From the NCBI RefSeq assembly GCF_006345805.1, contig NC_043024.1, positions 15,872,001 through 15,936,000 of the forward strand: a stretch of 64,000 bases of DNA. Reading direction: 5' to 3'. Position 1 is the stretch's first letter. Every line of letters starts with the position of its first letter. The notes beneath the pieces were generated by a model. It was not told where the DNA came from and searched no databases. It was given only the letters and a program-made list of their open reading frames with translations. The position numbers were made by a program, and so were the translations under genes. Shown here in pieces: positions 11,118 through 25,418 of this stretch. This DNA is from Octopus sinensis. Taxonomy: Eukaryota.

Positions 11118-14100
11118 AAGACCTCCTCCTGGGGAAGGCTAAGGGAGTAAACCCCGACAGAAAATCCGGAGCTGGAGTCCCTAAGGCGGCCTGACTCAAC
11201 ACGTCATCACCGGCAACTCCTGCGACGCATCTGGTACCAAGCTGTATCGACTCGTCGTTCCCTTGGAGCTACCAGCTACGTGGAGAGGGCGGGGGTCAAA
11301 CTGCATGGGAAATAGCTGATCCCTCATACAAACCTGCCCAGGCCTTGTAGCTCAACAGAAGAGGACTGGAGAGGACACTCCAGCAGTATCGTAAGATTCT
11401 GACACAACACGGGAAGGGACAGTTACCGGTGATAAGCTCAATCCGATTGGCGGAGGAAACGATGGCCAGGGGTCACCTCTGTCGGTGGGAGAGGCCATCG
11501 AGCCTCAATGGACAGCTACCGCCCGCCTCAAGCTGGGCAGCCTCCAGCCAATAAGATGCAGTCCCGCCATGGCTCACCTGCTCCACTGGGTGCGTGGAGA
11601 TTAGAGAACCATCTCGAAAAGTTAGCCAAAAAACCTCGCACCAGGCAAAAAGAAAACCACACACAACAGAACAAAACCTCCAGCTTTTCGGTTCGCTAGC
11701 TGGAATGTTAGAACCATGTGCACGGGGCTTACATCAGACCTACAATTGATTGACGATGCAAGGAAGACCGCTGTGATTAACCATGAACTAAATCGCCTGA
11801 ATGTGGACATTGCCTGCCTACAGGAAACCCGCCTTGCTGAGAGCGGCTCAATCAAAGAGGAAAACTACACCTTCTTCTGGCAGGGAAAGGCCTCAGACGA
11901 ATCAAGGACTCATGGCGTTGGCTTAGCTGTTAAAAACAACCTCATCAATTACATTCAGCCACCAAAGACTGGATCTGAGAGAATCCTTGTCCTCAGAATA
12001 TCAACATCCACAGGTCCTGCAAACATCATCACTGCCTATGCGCCAACACTATCTTCATCTCCCGAGACCAAAGACCAATTCTATCAAGCTCTGGACAACG
12101 AACTATCCATGATACCTAGGTCAGAACTCCTATATCTTCTCGGTGACTTCAATGCGAGAGTGGGAGCAAGCAACAGCTCCTGGCCCACATGCCTGGGTAA
12201 ATTCGGTAGAGGGAAAGTAAACGAGAATAGCCAAAGGCTACTGGAGCTTTGCTGCCTCCATGGACTCTGCATTACCAACACTTTCTTCGATTACAAAGAA
12301 ATCCACCAAGTTTCCAGGAGACACCCGCGATCCGGTCACTGGCACCAACTCGACCTGGTCATCACAAGGCGTGCAGACATAGCCAGCGTTCTCCTTACTC
12401 GCAGTCACCACAGCGCAGACTGTGATACAGACCACGCCTTAGTCGCCAGCAAAGTCCGCATGAGACTGAAGAAAATGCACCACTCCAAGGAAAAATGCTG
12501 TCCGCGCATCAATACCTGCAACACCAGTAACATCGAGAAAACGTCACAATTCATCGCCAACGTGGAAGAGTCACTCACTAAAGCACCATCTAATGACTGC
12601 ATCGACAAAAAGTGGCACTATCTTCGCGACAACATGTGCAGCTCCGCTTTCAACGCCTATGGGAAGAAAGAAAGAAAAAAATGCTGACTGGTTTGAAGCA
12701 CATTGGGATGAGATAGAACCAACCACAGAAGCCAAAAGGAAAGCACATCTGGCCTACAAACACAACCCATGCCACAGTAACCTCCAGAACCTCAGGGACG
12801 CCAGGGGGCACATCTCAGCAGACAGCCCGGCGCTGCGCCAACACTTACTGGTTGAACCTCTGCAACAGCATACAGAGTTCAGCAGACTCAGGGAATGTGC
12901 GTGAGATGTACGAGGGCTTAAAGAAGGCAACAGGCCCAGCTCCTACCAAGACGGCTCCTTTCAAGACCAAAGAGGGAGTAATAATCCAAGATCAGGAGAA
13001 ACAAATGCAGTGCTGGACTGAGCCCTACCCTGAACTGTATGCTACACAGAACATCGTCACAGACTCGGCCCTCAACGCTATCCCGGTCCTACCGGTTATG
13101 AACGAACTAGACTCTCCACCCACACTGGAAGAGCTCAGCAAGGCAATCGACACACTAGCCTGTGGCAAGGCTCCCGGGAACGATGACATCCCATCAGAAA
13201 TCCTCAAATGTGGGAAACCTGCACTGCTACACCCCCTGCATGATCTACTCTGGCTCTGCGGGGAACATGGTCACAAACCGCAAGACGTGAGAGACGCTAA
13301 AATCGTCACCCTGTACAAAAAGAAAGGTAATTACAGCGACTGCAACAACTGCAGGGGTATCTCTCTACTCAGTGTAGTCGGTAAATCCTTCGCACGAGTC
13401 ACACTAGCGCCCCTACAGACCTTGGCAAACCGTGTTTACCCAGAGTCACAGTGTGGTTTCAGAGCAGGATGATCCACAGTGGACATGATAGTCCCACTAC
13501 GACAACTGCAAGAGAAGTGCCTAGAACAACAGATACCTCTCTATATAGCATTCATTGACCTCACCAGGACATTCGATCTCGTCAGCAGGAATGGACTCTT
13601 TACACTTCTACAGAAGATAGGATGCCCACCGCACCTGCTCAAAGTGATAACCTCATTCCACGACATGCACAGCACTGTCTGCTACAACGGCGCGACATCG
13701 GAAGCCTTCCCAGTCAGCAGCGGAGTGAAACAAGGTTGTGTTCTCGCACCAACACTCTTCGGAATATTCTTCTCGCTGCTCCTACAGTTTGTATTTAAGA
13801 CCAGCTAGGAGGGAGACTACATCCACACCAGGTGCGACGGCAAGCTTTTCAACATCCCCCGTCTACGAGCCAAAACCAAAGTCGCTAAGGTGCTCATTCG
13901 GGAGATGCTCTTCGCAGATGACGCAGCACTGATGTCACACACAGAAGCTGGGCTCCAAGAACTTGTGAGCTGTATGTAACACGCCTGCAAAGAATTTGGT
14001 CTAAATATCAGCCTGAAGAAGACAGACGTCATGGTGCAGGGCGCAGAGCATAACCCATCAATCTGCATAGATGGCTACAACCCAGCAGTGGTCGACAACT

Positions 14101-14891
14101 TCACCTATCTCGGGTCGACTATATCCAACTCTGTGTCCATCAACACAGAGGTTACGAGCAGAATCGGCAAGGCAACAGCGGTAATGGCCAAGCTTAACAA
14201 ACGGGTATTGATCAACACCAGTCTCACTGAGAATATCAAACTGAGAGTTTACCGAGCATGCGTACTGAGCATACTGCTGTACAGAAGCGAGACATGGACC
14301 ACCTACGCCCGACACGAGAAACAACTCAATAGCTTCCACCTAAGGTACCTGCGGCGCATTCTCCATATCAAATGGCAGGACAGGATCACTAACACAGAGG
14401 TTTTGGACCGTGCCAACATGTACAGCATGCAAACATCACTCTGTGAGAGGCGTCTTCGGTGGCTAGGTCATGTCAGCGGAATGGATGCAGGACGGATTCC
14501 AAAGGACCTACTGTACGGAGAGCTAACGGAATGCTCCAGAACAATGGGACGCCCCAAACTGCGCCTCAAGGATATCTGCAAGAGGGACCTAAAGCTATGC
14601 CAGATCAACACCCAAACTTGGGAATCCGCTGCTGCCGACAGAAGCGCCTGGCGACACAGTGTCAAGCACGGTGCCATGAGAGCAGAGAACCTGAGGACCA
14701 CAACTGCCAAACTAAAGAGAACCAGGCGAAAGGAACAGCAACCACAGCTCTGATCCCCCTTTCACTTGCACCAGATGTGGTAGAGACTACCACTCGATGA
14801 TTGGTCTGCACAGCCACACCAGGAAGTGCAGATAAACCCACCACCTTTTCTGAGCTACACCATCGTCTTTCGAGACGGACGGATGCCGAAA

Positions 14892-14892
<1 letters not shown>
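11118..14892 (+). mobile_element. Near full-length RTE (BovB-like) LINE with APE endonuclease and RT, disrupted
   Basis: ORFs 11716-12687 (APE: LQETR, GDFNAR, CDTDH), 12852-13808 (RT: GVKQGCVLAP), LFADD at about 13918-13932, and 14031-14753 (RLRWLGHV); several stops and frameshifts; ends in (TA)n. Confidence 0.96.
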
Positions 14893-14983
<91 letters not shown>

Positions 14984-14987
<4 letters not shown>

Positions 14988-15208
14988 CAACAACAATTAA
15001 GGAATGGCCTTAATAGGCCATTCGGCCCACTAGCTGGTTTGCCATTAAAAACACCGAAACGATGCATCGTCTAAAGATGAATTAGGGTAAATGTTTTTAA
15101 ATTTTCATTTAATTTCTGAATTACTACTACTTAGCGGTTTGAGTCCTGGCTGCTTCTTCTAGTGGGCCGAATGGCCTATTAAGGCCATTCCTTAATTGTT
15201 GTTGAATT
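14984..15208. repeat. Inverted repeat with 50 bp arms (14984-15033 and 15159-15208)
   Basis: Perfect reverse complements by eye. Confidence 0.9.
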
Positions 15209-15488
15209 TATATATATAGTCTTTGACTATTTTCTCTTTCCCACTAGACCGCTGGTAGCGATAAATTTCTATTGAATTTTTTGCTACCCTAAATTGATTA
15301 ATTATATATATATATATATAAACAAATAAGAAAATGGAGGAACAGATTCATTTTAATCATCGACTTACAGATATTACCAATTCATATTATTTATTAACTA
15401 CATAAATAGGAACATCTAAATCCAACAAAATAAAACAGTATACATCAATAAGTAAGATAATACCATAAAAATAATATACATAAAATGG

Positions 15489-15616
15489 ATCTTACAGCTG
15501 TTTCAGCCTGTAGATAAAGGTATCTCATTCTGCCTATATTAGTCAGATGTATTGAGGTAATATGCAGTTAAAAATGAGTTATTTATATATATATATCTCA
15601 AGGCCTCGTCAGAGAT
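15489..15616 (-). ncRNA. Type I hammerhead motif with a long (~90 nt) loop II
   Basis: Minus strand: ATCT-CTGACGA-GGCCT...AGGCT-GAAA-CAGCT-GTA-AGAT; palindrome ACAGCTGT. Confidence 0.6.
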
Positions 15617-15682
15617 TATAAAGTATAATTATAAAAATATAAAAATGTAAATATAAATATGAAACAAAATGTATACACAAGA

Positions 15683-15739
<57 letters not shown>

Positions 15740-16326
15740 GTAAGGTAACATACAAAGGAAACAATTCCTTCAAAGGTGTTTGTAAAACATCCAATTCCCT
15801 GGTACGTCGGTTGAATACCACATAAATATGGATAGAATGCAAATTACAAACAATACATTAAATAGAGAAATAATGCCTCCCCAGACACAACAGAGAAATA
15901 ATTGCTTATACTATATCATATTCATAGTATATTGTGTTATATTATAAATAAATTAATGGATTGTCATTTGTGTCTCTCCAGTAAATGTATTGTTTATATT
16001 AAAATATGTCTATATGTACACATATAAAGAAAAGACGGCAAATTGTGGAAACTTTCGGGTAAGGACGTTATGCATAAATATATAAATATTTATAATAATA
16101 TTTATATTTATATTAATATTAATATATTTATATTAATATATAGATATATAAATATTTATATTATTTATATTCATATTTATAATATTAATATTTATGTATA
16201 AATAAGTGTTGTTTGCAAAACATGTATAAATACATAAAAATTCATCAGCTGAAAGCCTCCACCTTTTGCTTTCTCTCGTTTTGCATCTATACATATATAC
16301 ATTTTTTCTGTTTGATATGTCTAATT

Positions 16327-19300
16327 CAGTGTTGCCAACTTAAGATCAGAATTTTATGCTAAATTCCCGAAGAAAAAATACCAAAAAAATGCTTTAAAAT
16401 ATGACAAAAAATACTAAAGACTAATTATATTAAAAATATTAATCTTTATTTACATTTTTATTTACTTTCTTTAATTATATTCAGCATTGAGAAATAATTT
16501 CTTCAATTTCACTGATTTGATCATTTTCAGCTGCAGTGCCGAGGTCTTTGACTTCTGTATACATTCAAGGTCACAATCTTGTTACGTGTTTTGGATTATC
16601 GACGCTTTTGGCAACATCTGCCATATCTTTTCAGGATATATTTTACAGACAGTATCGATCTAAGCATAGGAAGAGGCATTTTGTTTCTCAATTTTGATTT
16701 GACTACACCCGTACTACTCAACAACCGTTCAACTTCTGCATTTGAGTTTGGCAATGTCACTAGATTAATGGCAAAATTTGCAACGTCTCTAAAAGGATTT
16801 CCTCCTATAGCATCTTTATATTCCAAGACTTCCAGCCAGAATACCTCAGTATTAGACGTATTTGTCCAGTTAACTAAATGACTGCTATTAAACTAATTTT
16901 CAATTGAAGACATTTTTTCTTCATTTAAATGCATTGATTTTAAGACAGGTAAAATTGGCTCTTTGAAATGCTGCAAGATATTCTCTACTGAAAAACATTT
17001 GATATTCCTCAGTATATTAATATTTCCTGGTAAACGGTGCTTGAGCTCTTTATAAAGGCGGGGTAAACATCGTTGTATCCTTTTGCGAATATTATTTTCT
17101 TCGGTGGCTGTTACAGTCTTCTTGATAATCATTTCTGCTATCTTTCTCTCGAACCTGTGGCCTAAATTCGGTTCAGAATCCAGAAATCTTTCAATAGAAG
17201 CATCCAGATCAAGAGGATCGATTCTACATGTTAGAAACACTATCATATTAGCAACAGATTTGATCAAATTTGAAAGATCTTCAAGTAATCTTGTTTTGTT
17301 GACAGTGTTTGATTCAAACAGTTTTTCACTTGCTGAATATATTTTAAAGTTGGATGCAAAAATAAAAGGTAAAGTTCCTTCCTAGAATCACAAAACCTTT
17401 CATGTAACGTTTGTGTTGTAAACCATTTTTCTTTTGTAGTCGTAGTTTGGAAGTGAGTTTGCAATTCAAACCATTGGCTTAAAATTCTATTTACCGCTGG
17501 TTCTATTGACAGCTACCTAGTTGTACAAGAATTCACGATCTTCAAAGGTTCTTCATCATTGATAGCAAAGTAAAGTTGTTCGTAGGTACTTTGTCTTGTT
17601 GAAGAATGAGAGGACCGTTTATAGGTTTCGAATAATAAAAATTCTAAATTTATGGTCGAGCATTCAGCACAAATGTGGGATGCTGCTAACTGTAAAGAAA
17701 GACATACACATCTAAATAGAAGTAATGATGGAACTTCTTTTAATTTCTGGAAAACACCATTGTTGACTCCTATCATTACTCTAGCATTGTTGGTTCCTAT
17801 AGCCAGTAAATTTTATATATCTAATTTCTTTTTCACTAATTCAATTTTTAAGGCATCTACAATGCCATCTGCATTACGTTTCTAAAGATACTATACTGAG
17901 ATATGTAAGTACCACTTTTTTGCGAGTGTCACTATAATATATGATAACAATTCCTAACAACTTGTTTATCGATATATCATTGGATTCATCTAATAATAGG
18001 CTAAAGTTTCTATCTCCTATATCAAGAATCAAAATATGGAGTTAGAACATTTCTCACAATATTTGCACATTTTCTACGATGCAACTTCACTTTGGGTATA
18101 ATATCACTCTCAAACCTATGATTCTTACGTAATTCTATTAAGTGATTACAGCTATTAAATGATGAATGGCAACACATAAACATTGCTAACTTTGCTTCAA
18201 GCATAGATGTCTTATCATTTTTGGTTTTAAAAAAAAATTGGTAAGAGAAACCATTTGTTGTGGAGTTGATGCCTTATGTTTATTCGCTTACGAAAAGAGA
18301 ATATTTTACCAACATATTACATCTACAATATCTGCAATGTGCTTTAGAGTGGTCACTAGGTACTTCACACAACCATTTAGTAAATGCTGACTTCTTAAGC
18401 CATTCCTTTCGGAATTTTTGCTGGTAAAACTTTGTTTTTTCTTTGCTCATTATAATGTAGTGGGAAGCAAGAAAATAAATTGAATTATTAATAAAAATAT
18501 AAAATTGAAACGCAACTTATCAGTTTGCTGCTAACAATTCTTTCATTCGCCATTAAGAATTCTTGTGTTTGCTGCTTACAAATTCTTGAGGTGAGGAATT
18601 CTGATTCAGGATGCAGGGTGGCCAACTTATAAATGGAAAAGTAAAATCTGCAGGAATTCTAAAACTGTGTTCTGATATAAACCTGGGAACATCATATTTC
18701 GCTTCCAATCTTACATTTAATATCTATTAGTAAAACCACAATACTAAAAAAAAAAAAAATTGTAAGTAGAAATATAAAGGGGGAGACCCCTCCACCCCCA
18801 TACTTCTATACAATATATATAATCCAAAATAAGCATGAAAAAACACAGGCCTATTTTAAAACAGTCAAACTGAAAGTAAATCAGTCAACCTGTTGTGATA
18901 AAAACTCATCATTACAGAATAAAGCATTGTTAGGACGAATTCTTTGCAACGCATTTACATTGTTCAGGTGCTGACATGCATTATCTTCTCCCCCATCAGC
19001 ACCACTCTGTATCCAAGCCGATGAGGTGGGGCTGGAATAGTTTAATAACTTGATAAACTTCCTTTTGATACACTTTCATTTGAAGTTTCCAGAAAGGGAA
19101 AGAAAAATTCAACAATAGCCGAGAGTACTAAACTTTGGCTGTAACGAAAGTAGAATAGGAGGAAAAAGAAGAAAAAAGGGTAGCTATTGTGGAAATGTCA
19201 TAATCAGAGAAAAATGCTAAAAAAAAAATGCTAAGAAAAAATGCTAAATAAAGTTTTAAATCTACTATTTTCTCTGCTAAATGCGAGATTCAAAACTTTT

Positions 19301-19360
19301 CTGCTAAATGCTGAAAAAAATGCTAGATCTAGCATAAAATATGCTTAATTGGCAACCCTG
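16327..19360 (-). mobile_element. Decayed hAT-superfamily DNA transposon; transposase pseudogene at about 16520-18450
   Basis: TIRs cagtgttgccaa and ttggcaaccctg; subterminal aaatgcta repeats; N-terminal CxxC, IDES, GTNNA and C-terminal LPNSNAEVERL dimerisation motif; many stops; no TSD found. Confidence 0.88.
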
Positions 19361-19438
19361 GATCCGCATAATTGCCTCAATGATCCCCTGTAAATGATCG
19401 GAGTCTAAGTTTGAATCTTTTGAGCACTACTCTGGATC

Positions 19439-19440
19439 TC

Positions 19441-19523
<83 letters not shown>

Positions 19524-19554
19524 AATCTATCTATCTATCTATCTATCTAACCAT

Positions 19555-19611
<57 letters not shown>

Positions 19612-19646
19612 ATATTATATATATATAATATATATATATATAATAT

Positions 19647-19712
<66 letters not shown>
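19439..19712. repeat. Compound microsatellite (TCTA)n-(TA)n-(GA)n, one example of dozens of simple repeats in the window
   Basis: Read directly from the sequence. Confidence 0.98.
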
Positions 19713-19719
<7 letters not shown>

Positions 19720-20305
19720 GGGGGTTATGTATAGATGCAGGTGGGGCTGTGAGGCCGAGAATCTTGCTTCTCAACAGTGCGATTTTCGGTTTAGTCCCAC
19801 TGCGCGCCACCTTTGGCAACTGTTTTCTACTGCTGCCCTGGGCCGACCAAAGCCTTGTACCACGCGCGAGATGTTGAAATGATTGCAGAGTGATTACTTC
19901 ACCATTTGACTTGTGGCACATCGTGCACCTGTACAGGTAATGTCGATTTGATGGAGGAAGTGAGCTAATGTCCTGCACAAACTGTTCGTCAATATAAATG
20001 AATGATTTGTTCTTTAAGAAGATGCAGAATCGTCTTTCTCGGACTCGAGAGACCATCAACAATATCATACCCACCATGTGAGGTAGTCTTTTTTCCATAC
20101 ATCTCTGCACACAGACTTTACTAACACTTCGTATTCTTTCCTTTTTTTATCATTAATGAAGTTATTTCCTGTGGGACTTGTTTATCCACTTGCTCTGACC
20201 TAACAAATTGGGTTTTTAGATATAATTGTCCATATCCGAGTTACAAGGCCAAATGTGTCTGATTTAATTGATATTAAGAAATAACTGGTCTGATTTCTTT
20301 TTTAG

Positions 20306-20412
20306 ATTGAATATTCGTTAATACGATTTGACCATGAAAAACGAGTTGTCCAGTTACTGTTGAATGCTACATCCCTACTTGAATCTCCGGAAGTAAAGGG
20401 ATCAGAATCAAG
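20306..20412 (+). CDS. GCLC: GCLC-like copy 2, coding exon 2 (IEYSLIRFDHEKRVVQLLLNATSLLESPEVKGSES)
   Basis: AG and GTGAGT boundaries; matches VEYMLVSFDHENKKVRLVL. Confidence 0.93.
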
Positions 20413-21010
20413 GTGAGTTTAATTCTGTGGATCAAATTTGGAATAATCTTTGGTGATAATTAAAATTATTATAAGTAACAATTTGGAGAGAGAAGGAGAG
20501 AAGAGAAAGAGAGGATGGAGGCAAGAGGTAGATGTGTAGTTTGGTTCCCATCACAAGCGCCTGTTTCTCAACTGGTTTATAATGTTTAACTAAAACTGAA
20601 AAATGTGCACGCTCAAGAGGGTTACACAATGTCATAATAAACCTTAAAAAGTATGGGACTAGAATTGTTGCTCAAAAATATTGGAATCCCTATTTGTTGT
20701 ACAGTCTAAAGCATTTTGAAACGAAAAGAGACTCGTATGTGGATTACGATGTCTCGATAATTGTTAAACTGAGTTCTTAACATAAAAATTTGAAATTGTA
20801 CAAAATATGATCTTTAACTTCGAATTAGTAAATTTTTTTCTACTCTAGGCACAAGGCCCGAAATTTTGGGGGAGGGGCCAGTTGATTAGATCGACCCCAG
20901 TACGCAACTGGTACTTAATTTATCGACCCCAAAAGGTTCAAAGGCAAAGTCGACCTCGGAGGAATTTGAACTCAGAGCGTAAAGACAGACGAAATACCGC
21001 TAAGAATTTC

Positions 21011-23520
21011 ACAAATTTTTTATTTCTCATAAGGGGACAACAAAGAGGGGACATTACAATCTGATATGGGGTCAGATTTCACGAATTAGTTAACAAAAAG
21101 ATGAATTCAAAAATTTTACATAAATATGAATAGTTCGAATGATAACATATACAAGACAATACAGAATGGAATGGGGAGGCGGGATATGCTCGGACCCCAC
21201 GAGCACTGTCTCACCACTGATGCTTTGGGTTCTTCCTGCGTTGTATTCATGCGGTTCCATCCATACGCAACATTCGTGCGACATTCTTCCGTCGATCTTA
21301 GGTGGAAGGTGAAGAAATTCAAAAAGCCAGGGCCAGATATAAAAATGCCTGTTATTAACCCTTTCATTCGCGTCTTCCAAATCACCTCTCTTGCAATTGC
21401 TACTACGATGAGAAAGCAATTCTTACCTTCTTTCGATATGAAATCTGGTGGGTCAATTTTTATTATTTACTCAGTCGATAGCTGTATTCTTCCTGTACTT
21501 GACAACAGTTGTTCGGCATAAACCCACACATCTGACATCTCCGAACACTGAACAATAGCGTGCGGGACGGTTTCCCTGTCCCGCCCACATCTTGGACAGG
21601 TCGGTGGACCAGGGCCACCATGCCTTGCGAGCTTGTTATCCAGTGTCTTCGGCCCGAATGTACGTTGGAACAGACTGGCCAACTGATTATCGTCGAGACC
21701 TAGGGCTTCCCCCAAGGTATCGTCACCTTTCACCTCTACCAACCCTCTATAGAAGAATGTGGTAGAACCACTACCGCAGACGTTGTCCGAGAGATGGAAT
21801 GTCTGGGGAGCCTTACGACACTCCGTAAACCATGTACCCGACTTCGATCTACGATAGAACCAGGTATTCGGTCCACCGAAACAAGTGAACTTGGAAAACA
21901 TCTGTTTCGCCAGCTGAGACCACACCCGATCACCATCCAGATGGATCTCAATGCGTGCCTGCGCATCATCAGCCAAGGCATCCCTAGCCCACCCTTTAAC
22001 TGTTGTCAGCAGCAAATAGAGCGTCTCACAAGCGGATTCGAACCCTTCCACAAGAAGCGTAAGAGCTGTCTTTCCAGCTTGCTCAACCACGAATCAGAGC
22101 TGGGAACGACGGTTAGGCGGTAGGTGATGACTGATGCGATGAACACATTGGCCACCTCCGCCCTCCCTTTCAGGGATAGCCACCACCAAGACCAGGTCTT
22201 TGGCTATACGGGCCACCCTGCTCGCTACTTCGGCCCAATTCTTTTCTGTTTGGAGGCCTGGTCCAAACTAGACGCCTAGCGACTTAATCGGACCCACCGT
22301 CCAATGTCCCACGACGCTGTCAGGAGGCATCGACTTGCCTCTCCAGGTGCCGAGCTGCAAGCCGACTGACTTTTCACGATTAACCTTTGCTCCTGCCACC
22401 GTCTCGTATTCCTCAATGGCCTTGCCTACCCTCTGTAGGTGATCCATTTCACTTACGATGATGGTGATGTCGTCCGCGTACGCTGAAATCGATTCTCCAG
22501 AATCTGGCTGTCTCGGCATGTCGCTCAGTTTTCGCAGCAATGGCTCAAGAGCCATTACATACAAAATCGGGTAGAGCGGACACCCTTGACGAACCGAGCG
22601 TTTGATGATAAACGGCTTAGATAAAAAGCCATTCACCAAAACTACCGAGTCGATGTTGTGATAAATTTCAATGGTCCACCTGAGGGAGCCAAGACCTAGG
22701 CCGAACTGCGCCAGAACGGACACCAGGTAATGATGGTCGACCCTATCAAAAGCCTTTGAATGGTCTAAATGGACCACTGTCCCTCCCTTGCCAAAATCGT
22801 TATTAAATCCCTCTGCAGAGTACCGTATAAGATGGAGATTCTCCTGGATGGATCTACCGGGAACGGCAAATGTCTGTACCTTCTCGATCAAGCCACCCGC
22901 GACACGCGCCAAAAATTTCGATAACACTTTGGCCAAAATCTTCAACTCTGTGTTTAGCAGAGTGATGGGCCGAAAATTATCAATGCAATCCCCTTGTTCG
23001 TGTCCTTTCTGACAAGCGTCACCACTCCCCGGCACACAGATCTGGGAATGAACCAATTCTGCTGCCAGTTCATGTAGACATTCGCTAGCAGGTGCCCGAA
23101 AATGTCTGGCATACAGTTCGTAGCGTAGACCATCCAGGCCCGGTGCCTTACACGCGCCGCAGTCCGCCATAGCTTCAATTACCTCCTCAGATGTGATCGG
23201 CCCTTCACAACGCTCCGCGTCCTGCCCGATAGGCGCGACAGCCTGGCGAGGAAGTCCGTTAGGTCCCACATACTGTCCGGTCCACTGCCCCCGCCGAAAA
23301 GCTGAGCGAAGTGCTCCTGAGACACCTCACACATCTCGAGCTCGTTTATCAACTTACCTCTTGGTTCATGAAAGATCGAATTGTGCTATCGTTGTCACTT
23401 TGGGCTTCCATCACTCGGGTCCATCCCGCGGCCTTGATTCCTTCATAACCCAATGCACGAATCCTAGCTCTGACAATGCAACCCATATGTTGGGATTCGA
23501 GGTGCTGGTTTAACACCAGT
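21011..23520 (-). mobile_element. L1-clade Tx1-like LINE, 5'-truncated (RT, C-terminal zinc-binding region, 3' UTR)
   Basis: ORF 22268-23269 (APGLDGL, FRPITLLN, KAFDRV, RQGCPL, YADD); CPRC...H...QC in 21467-22090; AATAAA-like tail. Confidence 0.93.
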
Positions 23521-23954
23521 CTCTTGGCCGTCACCTGAGCTGCAGTAAATACAGTAAATCCATAAGAAATATTATCCCAGGATAAATCCTGCAGTAGCAG
23601 GCTCATAAACAGTGTCTACACATTAAGTATGATACGTAGGTGTCTAGTTTAATTAAATACGTTTCAATTACGTATACTGTATTTTTAATCAGATAGACGG
23701 CTATTCGTAACATCAGTGAATGATTTGCTCACACTTTCTTATATCAGAGACAATAAATTCTTGCCGGATCATGTGGCTGGTTGTGAGTATGCGCCATTGA
23801 AACGGTCTTAAAAAATTGAAATGCATCTGGTTCTTTCACTGGCCGTTGCTGGGGCAAATTTATATTTCCTTCTGATATCAAATTTGAGCGCAATCAGATG
23901 GAGGACGCCTGAGATCCTAGAAGACACACACAGAGACAGAGACAGAACGGATTT

Positions 23955-24572
<618 letters not shown>

Positions 24573-25196
24573 TTTATTTCTTCTTTTGCTGGTGTCTCAA
24601 TTTTAGGTTAAATCAGTGTTTCTCAAAGGGAAGGCCTATGGGACGGTCAGACAAGTTGTTTTGAGAAAATTTAGTTTAAATGTTTGACAACTCAGACGGG
24701 GTGGGGCGTTTTGCTCGTATATATGTGTGTGTGTGTATAGTTCAAATCTACAGAAAACAAAAGACGAAGACAGGTGTAGGAACAACAAGCAGGTGTGTTA
24801 GTTTGACGCTCGAGAAGAATAGAAAAGTTTTAGACGTTTCGAGCCTACGCTCGATATATAGATATATAAAGATATATAAAGATATATAAAGACAAAGACA
24901 TCCGCTATACACGATTTAAGCAGTGTTTGATTAAAACAGCTATGGCTGTTTTATTCAAACATTGCTGCTGTTGCGTATTCCGGATTACTTTATCTTTTAT
25001 CTGTTTCTTGTTTCAGTCATTTCACTGCGGCCATGCTGGAGCACTGTCTTGAAGAGCTTAGTCGAACAAATCGACCCTGTGACTTATTGTTTTTTTTAAG
25101 CCTAATACCTATTCTATCGGTCTATTTTGCTGAACCGCTAAGTTACAGGGATGTAAAAACAACCAAGGTTGTCAAGTAGTGAAGGGGAGCAAATGT

Positions 25197-25241
<45 letters not shown>

Positions 25242-25418
25242 CGACGGGATTCTTTCAGTTTCCGTCAACCAAATCCACTCATAAGGCTTTGGTCGACCCG
25301 GGGCTATAACAGAAGACACTTACCCAAAATATCACGCAGTGGGACTGAACCCGGAGCCATGTGGTTGGTAAGCAAGTTTCTTACCGCACGGCCACGCCTG
25401 CGCCTATGATAAGTATAA

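Noticed and set aside
11118-11160. Possible HDV-like ribozyme at the RTE 5' end (cctcctcc...gctaa)
   Set aside because: Too little sequence between the motifs for P1 and P4; I could not build the nested pseudoknot by eye. An Infernal or RNArobo search would settle it.
15056-15071. GAAACGATGCATCGTC as a complete hammerhead
   Set aside because: Palindromic 3' half only; no CTGANGA upstream.
24833-24852. Minus-strand GAGC/GTAG/GCTC-GAAA-CGTC as a functional hammerhead
   Set aside because: The CTGANGA half is truncated away; remnant only.
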